Shown: positions 59,786-64,000 of the stretch, one piece after another
Numbering within the stretch: position 1 is the first letter of the stretch
Layout of the letters: each line of letters opens with the position of its first letter
Assembly (NCBI GenBank): GCA_028687915.1
Contig: JAQTZF010000001.1
Span: 802,634 to 866,633, forward strand
Direction: 5' to 3'
DNA: 64,000 bases
From: Candidatus Daviesbacteria bacterium
Lineage (GTDB): Bacteria; Patescibacteriota; Microgenomatia; Daviesbacterales; UBA10151
Program-made: the position numbers and the translations under genes
The notes under the pieces: generated by a model
Databases searched by the model: none
What the model saw: the letters and a program-made list of their open reading frames with translations, nothing else
Told to the model about the DNA's origin: nothing

Positions 59786-60937
59786 TTATTTTTGATATTT
59801 TAAGAAGGTATCTTCACCTAAAATAATTGTAATATCAGCCCTTGTCGTATCCAAACTTACATTATCCAAAACACAATCCCCACCCTTTCCCAGACCTGGT
59901 AATGGAATGTTTTGCCAAAAGCTTACCAGCTTTTTCTGTGGACAGGATAAATTTAATTTTTCAGTTAAATATTTTGTTGTGTAACTATGTTTAGCTAAAA
60001 TTATACTTTTATCAACTTTTTCAGGAGCATTAGCAGTAAAGATAACCCGAGCTCCCATATTTGTTAATAGTTTAGCAGCCTGTTCTGCTAAACCAGGTAC
60101 CTCTGTAGCATTAAATATTCCAATAGTTTGACCATCCTTTTTAATTTGACCGGTTTCGAAATGCCCTTCTTCAAAGCGGTCTATTTTGATTTCATCTAAA
60201 GCGATTACCCTACTACCATCCGGCAGAAGCAGCCATTCTGTTAAATCTGATTTTTCCAAATCAATACTACTTATTTTATCTTCACGCACCTCTTTAATTG
60301 CCCACCATATCTTAAAGAACTCAATTAAATTTAAATCAGTTTTAGCACTCGCTAAAATATCCACTCCTGGTAATAAACTCCCTCTCTCTTTTTGTAATAA
60401 ATCTGATAACTTGCCATCACCATTATTAAATATTAAATAACCATCTGCCAAAATATCAAAGGAGCGGTTAATTGAATCCCTGAGTAGCTGAGGACCCATG
60501 GGGATGCTTTCTGACTGGCCAAGATCATAAATACTTCTCATTGGCCATCTGCCAAAATCATAAGGAACATTCAAATGAATATCTTCAGGAAATTTAATAA
60601 CAGTTAACTCTTTCCCTTCCGGCTGATAAGATAATAAATAAGAATCTTTCATCTTTACAACTAAATTAAATTGGCTTTGTCCATCCCAGGAATAAAGTTT
60701 TGGTTGATTGTTTTTAGTAATAGTTGTATTTAGCCCTCCCAAAAAGCCAAAAAGCTTACCTACTAAAATAAGAGCTATTAAGAAAAACAAAGCAGTGATG
60801 CCTAAGGTGATTTGATTGTTGCTGCGTGCAACTTTAAGTTTTTTCTTTTTCGGGGTTGATTGAAGCCGGATTGATGCTTTCCGTTCGTATTTTTTCCAAT
60901 TTAACTTAACGCTAGTTCTTCGGGCAGTTCTAGACAT
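59786..60937 (-). CDS. Degenerate LCP-related protein with a LytR C-terminal domain
   Basis: Basic N-terminus and TM; TDLN; IFNATEVPGLA..ADITIILGED (LytR_C). Catalytic Arg motifs are not obvious. Confidence 0.7.
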   Translation of the reverse strand: MSRTARRTSVKLNWKKYERKASIRLQSTPKKKKLKVARSNNQITLGITALFFLIALILVGKLFGFLGGLNTTITKNNQPKLYSWDGQSQFNLVVKMKDSYLLSYQPEGKELTVIKFPEDIHLNVPYDFGRWPMRSIYDLGQSESIPMGPQLLRDSINRSFDILADGYLIFNNGDGKLSDLLQKERGSLLPGVDILASAKTDLNLIEFFKIWWAIKEVREDKISSIDLEKSDLTEWLLLPDGSRVIALDEIKIDRFEEGHFETGQIKKDGQTIGIFNATEVPGLAEQAAKLLTNMGARVIFTANAPEKVDKSIILAKHSYTTKYLTEKLNLSCPQKKLVSFWQNIPLPGLGKGGDCVLDNVSLDTTRADITIILGEDTFLKYQK

Positions 60938-60949
60938 AAAAAAACAATA

Positions 60950-61081
60950 TTACCTTTCTTTCTTTTCTTTGCTAATTACTTCTGGCGGAGTAAAAACGGG
61001 AGCGAATCCCGAATATCCTTCTGAAGCACTTTTCTTTTTCTTCTTTTTTTCGCCTTTATAAAAGCTACCAAATGATCCCAT
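60950..61081 (-). CDS. 43-aa Lys-rich microprotein (MGSFGSFYKGEKKKKKKSASEGYSGFAPVFTPPEVISKEKKER), not in the ORF track
   Basis: Translated by hand; strong SD AAAGGAGGTG 6 nt upstream of the ATG. Confidence 0.75.
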   Translation of the reverse strand: MGSFGSFYKGEKKKKKKSASEGYSGFAPVFTPPEVISKEKKER

Positions 61082-61114
61082 TTATAACACCTCCTTTAGT
61101 CCTCCGTTGGAGGA

Positions 61115-61309
61115 TTACGTAAACAAATATATTAACACTGTCATAATTAGCAAAGCAATTCCAGAATATAAAGTTAAACTTCGGGTTAACTCAATGAGGC
61201 CAACACCAGACAAAGTTAAGAGCAATCCTGAAACGCCAATCAAAAGAATTAGAATTACTTTTTTGAATCTATTAAACCCTTGCTCAAGAAAAATATTTAC
61301 TCTCTCCAT
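61115..61309 (-). CDS. Small two-TM protein
   Basis: Two hydrophobic helices; follows the antiporter gene. Confidence 0.5.
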   Translation of the reverse strand: MERVNIFLEQGFNRFKKVILILLIGVSGLLLTLSGVGLIELTRSLTLYSGIALLIMTVLIYLFT

Positions 61310-61349
61310 AATTAAGTTTAGAGTAAAAGCCACACCCAAATCAAGTGTT

Positions 61350-63059
61350 TCAATTAAATGTAGTATGCTTGCGGGAGAGCTTATTTATTTCTACTTTAGA
61401 ACGATCTTTAAAAAAGTCCATGTTTGGCCAATGACTTCTTAACATTTGTGTGACAAAATCTCCTGAAACTACATCCGGCAGGATTACATAATCAGCTCCT
61501 GCTTTATATAATTCCTCTGCTTCGGTCGTATCAGAAGCTCTGATAACAATTGCTGCTTTAGCATTTTTACGTCTTAACTCTGTTACCAGCACTAAATTAT
61601 CATCAGAACTATCGGTGGTAGAAATAATTAATTTAGCAGTATGCAAATCTAAAAACTCTAAAACCTCGGGATCACCAATATCACCAAAAAGAACATGTAC
61701 TCTTTCCCCAACTAATTTTTTAACAACATCCGGATCAATATCCACAACCAAAAATGGAATCCCTTCCCGTTTTAAGTATTTTACTATTTCTCCACCCATC
61801 CACTTTGCTCCAATCAATACCACATGGTCTTCTAACCCCACTACTTTTTTATCTACAGGTTTTGCTACCCCACTATGTTCAAAAAATCCTACAAATCCGC
61901 TCATTTTCTCATAAATCTGCCTGGAATAAGAAATCATAATGGATGAAAAAATAATAGAAATTACACCCACCAAAGCCATTGCAGTTAGGGCGCTTTGGGG
62001 AACTATACCCAAACGCACCCCTACCACCATGATGATTAGGGAAAATTCAGAAACTTGTGAAAGATTGATTGCTGTTTGAAACATTGTGTGTTTGCGGAAA
62101 CCAAAAGAGCCTAGTATTAAAAGAAAGATTAATGGTTTTAAAACAATGGCATAAAGAGTAAAAAGAATAATGATAGGTAAAACCTCTGATACATTTGAAA
62201 ACATAACCTGAGACCCTAGATAAACAAAAAATAATGTCACAAAGAAATCTCTTAATGGCTTTACTTTACCTTGAATTTCATAATGGAAAGGAGAATTAGC
62301 TAATGCTATTCCAGCCAGAAAGGCACCTATCACCACTGAAAATCCCATGGCCTGAGCTAAAACAATATAGATGAAACACCAGGCTAATGCTGTTAAAAAT
62401 AATAGTTCTGCAGATTTGGCAACAGCATTGAAAATTTTTGTTAATACATAGTGGGATAAAATTACAGCCAGAACAAAAAGCAAAATTCCTTTTAGAACAA
62501 GGGCCACCAATGGTAAGCTGCTTTGTAAGCCAGTATTAGCAAAAGAGGTAGAAACAGTCATAGCCATTAACACCATGATTGCAACCAAATCCTCTACTAA
62601 TAAAATACCAATACTTAATTTTCCATATAAGGAACCAAGATCTTTTTTCTCTAACAACATTTTAACAACCACTATAGTTGATGAAAAAGAAAGACCAGCC
62701 CCTAAATAAAAGCTAATAGTTTGAGAATACCCTAAGAATGTAGAGATTAAGAATCCTGTTAAAAAGGCAAATAATATTTGTCCTAAAGAGGCTGCTGCAA
62801 TAGGCTTACCCAGACTTTTTAACTCTTTTAAATCTAACTCCATACCAATAAAAAACAACACAAAAGCCACACCGATATCTGGTAAAAAGGTAGCAAATTG
62901 AAAAGTTGAGGAATTAAAAATTTGGAATAAAGATAAAACTACTCCTGCAACTAAATAAGCTACCACTAAAGGAAATTTAAAAATCCTTACTATAAATCCC
63001 AGGGCAGAAGATAAACCTAAAACTATTGCTAGCTGTATAAATAAAGAATTTGATGCCAT
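61350..63059 (-). CDS. CPA2 cation:proton antiporter with a C-terminal KTN/TrkA-N domain (Kef-like)
   Basis: FFIGMEL, SSTIVV, GILLVED, GAFLAG, SQVSEFS and a Rossmann-like HVVLIG..VVDID..FGD. Confidence 0.9.
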   Translation of the reverse strand: MASNSLFIQLAIVLGLSSALGFIVRIFKFPLVVAYLVAGVVLSLFQIFNSSTFQFATFLPDIGVAFVLFFIGMELDLKELKSLGKPIAAASLGQILFAFLTGFLISTFLGYSQTISFYLGAGLSFSSTIVVVKMLLEKKDLGSLYGKLSIGILLVEDLVAIMVLMAMTVSTSFANTGLQSSLPLVALVLKGILLFVLAVILSHYVLTKIFNAVAKSAELLFLTALAWCFIYIVLAQAMGFSVVIGAFLAGIALANSPFHYEIQGKVKPLRDFFVTLFFVYLGSQVMFSNVSEVLPIIILFTLYAIVLKPLIFLLILGSFGFRKHTMFQTAINLSQVSEFSLIIMVVGVRLGIVPQSALTAMALVGVISIIFSSIMISYSRQIYEKMSGFVGFFEHSGVAKPVDKKVVGLEDHVVLIGAKWMGGEIVKYLKREGIPFLVVDIDPDVVKKLVGERVHVLFGDIGDPEVLEFLDLHTAKLIISTTDSSDDNLVLVTELRRKNAKAAIVIRASDTTEAEELYKAGADYVILPDVVSGDFVTQMLRSHWPNMDFFKDRSKVEINKLSRKHTTFN

Positions 63060-63064
63060 AAATA

Positions 63065-63847
63065 CTATTTTATTATTTGTAAATTATCCAAGGCTTCCTG
63101 TAAATCGTTAGGAAGAGGGCTGTCAAAGCTCATCCTTTTTCCTGTTGTGGGATGATCAAATTCCAAATGAGCAGCATGTAAAAATTGCCGTTTAACCCAT
63201 CTATGATCTAATCTGGTAGTTTTTCGACCACCATATTTATCATCCCCTACAATAGGAAAACCCAGGTACTTTAAATGTACCCTAATTTGATGAGTCCGTC
63301 CAGTCCGCGGAAAACAACGAAGTAATGTAAATTTTCCATAACCAGTTCTTTCCAGTTTTCGCATTTGGATTGAATTAAACCCTTCAAATATTTGCTGAAG
63401 ACTGACGACTGAAAGCTGAAAGCTATTCATTGGTTTATATTCAGTAACAGCTTCTTTTACTGTTAAACCTTCACCTTTAAATTTCAGCTGGTCTATTGTT
63501 GTAAATTTTTCTCTGTCACCAGGATGTCTTAAAATACTTGCTTCAATTATTCCTTCTTTTTCTACTAAACCATGAACTAATGCTAAATATTCTTTTTGGA
63601 CATTACGCTCTTTAAACTGTGACTGAAGATTTTCCAGAGACTCTTTAGTTTTTGCTACTACCAAAAGACCCGAAGTATCTTTATCCAATCTATGTACAAT
63701 CCCTGAACGATCAAGATTTATACTAAATTCTTTACCAAGAATATCCTCAAGTGAAGGTTCTATCTGAGTTTCAGAGGAGGTGGAAACTATACCAGCTGGT
63801 TTTTCTAAAACCAGGATTTGATCATCTTGGAAAACTACAGAAATCAT
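63065..63847 (-). CDS. RluA/RluD-family pseudouridine synthase (no S4 domain)
   Basis: KPAG, IVHRLDKDTSG, TGRTHQIRVH and RQFLHA. Confidence 0.92.
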   Translation of the reverse strand: MISVVFQDDQILVLEKPAGIVSTSSETQIEPSLEDILGKEFSINLDRSGIVHRLDKDTSGLLVVAKTKESLENLQSQFKERNVQKEYLALVHGLVEKEGIIEASILRHPGDREKFTTIDQLKFKGEGLTVKEAVTEYKPMNSFQLSVVSLQQIFEGFNSIQMRKLERTGYGKFTLLRCFPRTGRTHQIRVHLKYLGFPIVGDDKYGGRKTTRLDHRWVKRQFLHAAHLEFDHPTTGKRMSFDSPLPNDLQEALDNLQIIK

Positions 63848-64000
63848 TGTTTAGTCAGAAAGTTTTTGATTTCCTTTAAAATCTCATCAGGGTTCATTGC
63901 TGATTTAATTAAATAACCAGATGCCCCTAATTCAAAAGCCTGATTAATAACAGTGTTATTGCCTAAGTTTGTGAGAACAATAATTGGCCCATTAGAATTT
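63844..64000 (-). CDS. Response regulator receiver domain, C-terminal part (truncated by the window edge)
   Basis: Hand translation ..PIIVLTNLGNNTVINQAFELGASGYLIKSAMNPDEIL..; the stop overlaps the ATG of the next gene. Confidence 0.8.
   Translation of the reverse strand, partial: NSNGPIIVLTNLGNNTVINQAFELGASGYLIKSAMNPDEILKEIKNFLTKQ

Overview
AT-rich, densely coding chromosomal segment of a reduced-genome bacterium. An archaeal-type TyrRS, a secretin-less type IV pilus operon, a DUF5663-like protein, cohesin proteins and apparently leaderless genes all point to Patescibacteria/CPR, most like Microgenomates (inference). Housekeeping genes: tyrS, recG, rpmF-nusB-ACP-like-rnc, rpsP-khpA-trmD, holB, gyrB, glmU-like, murC/murI/murD, def, ddl, gyrA, a Xer recombinase, ruvC, yebC, a CPA2 antiporter and an RluA-family synthase. 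Four accessory loci stand out. (1) 1.5-11.7 kb: a HExxH membrane protease, a DUF5663-like protein, a giant ~2337-aa protein (split by a probable 1-nt frameshift) with glycine-zipper helices and a heptosyltransferase-like GT9 domain, and an LCP enzyme. (2) 17.5-35.4 kb: an 18-kb type IV pilus operon with 12 pilin-like genes, two minor-pilin cassettes, a pilin fused to two discoidin/CBM32 domains, a tandem pilin duplicate and an embedded GT-C glycosyltransferase. (3) 49.7-54.6 kb: a cohesin/dockerin surface-protein cluster with an LPxTA-type anchor. (4) 54.6-55.6 kb: a small GIY-YIG nuclease gene flanked by REP-like palindromes (another copy lies 53 kb away), preceded by a promoter-delimited ~100-nt structured RNA candidate, and bracketed by a full and a half dif-like site. 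Short palindromes and 7-9-mer repeats also sit in frame inside several conserved genes. All calls come from motif recognition by eye; no database searches were run.
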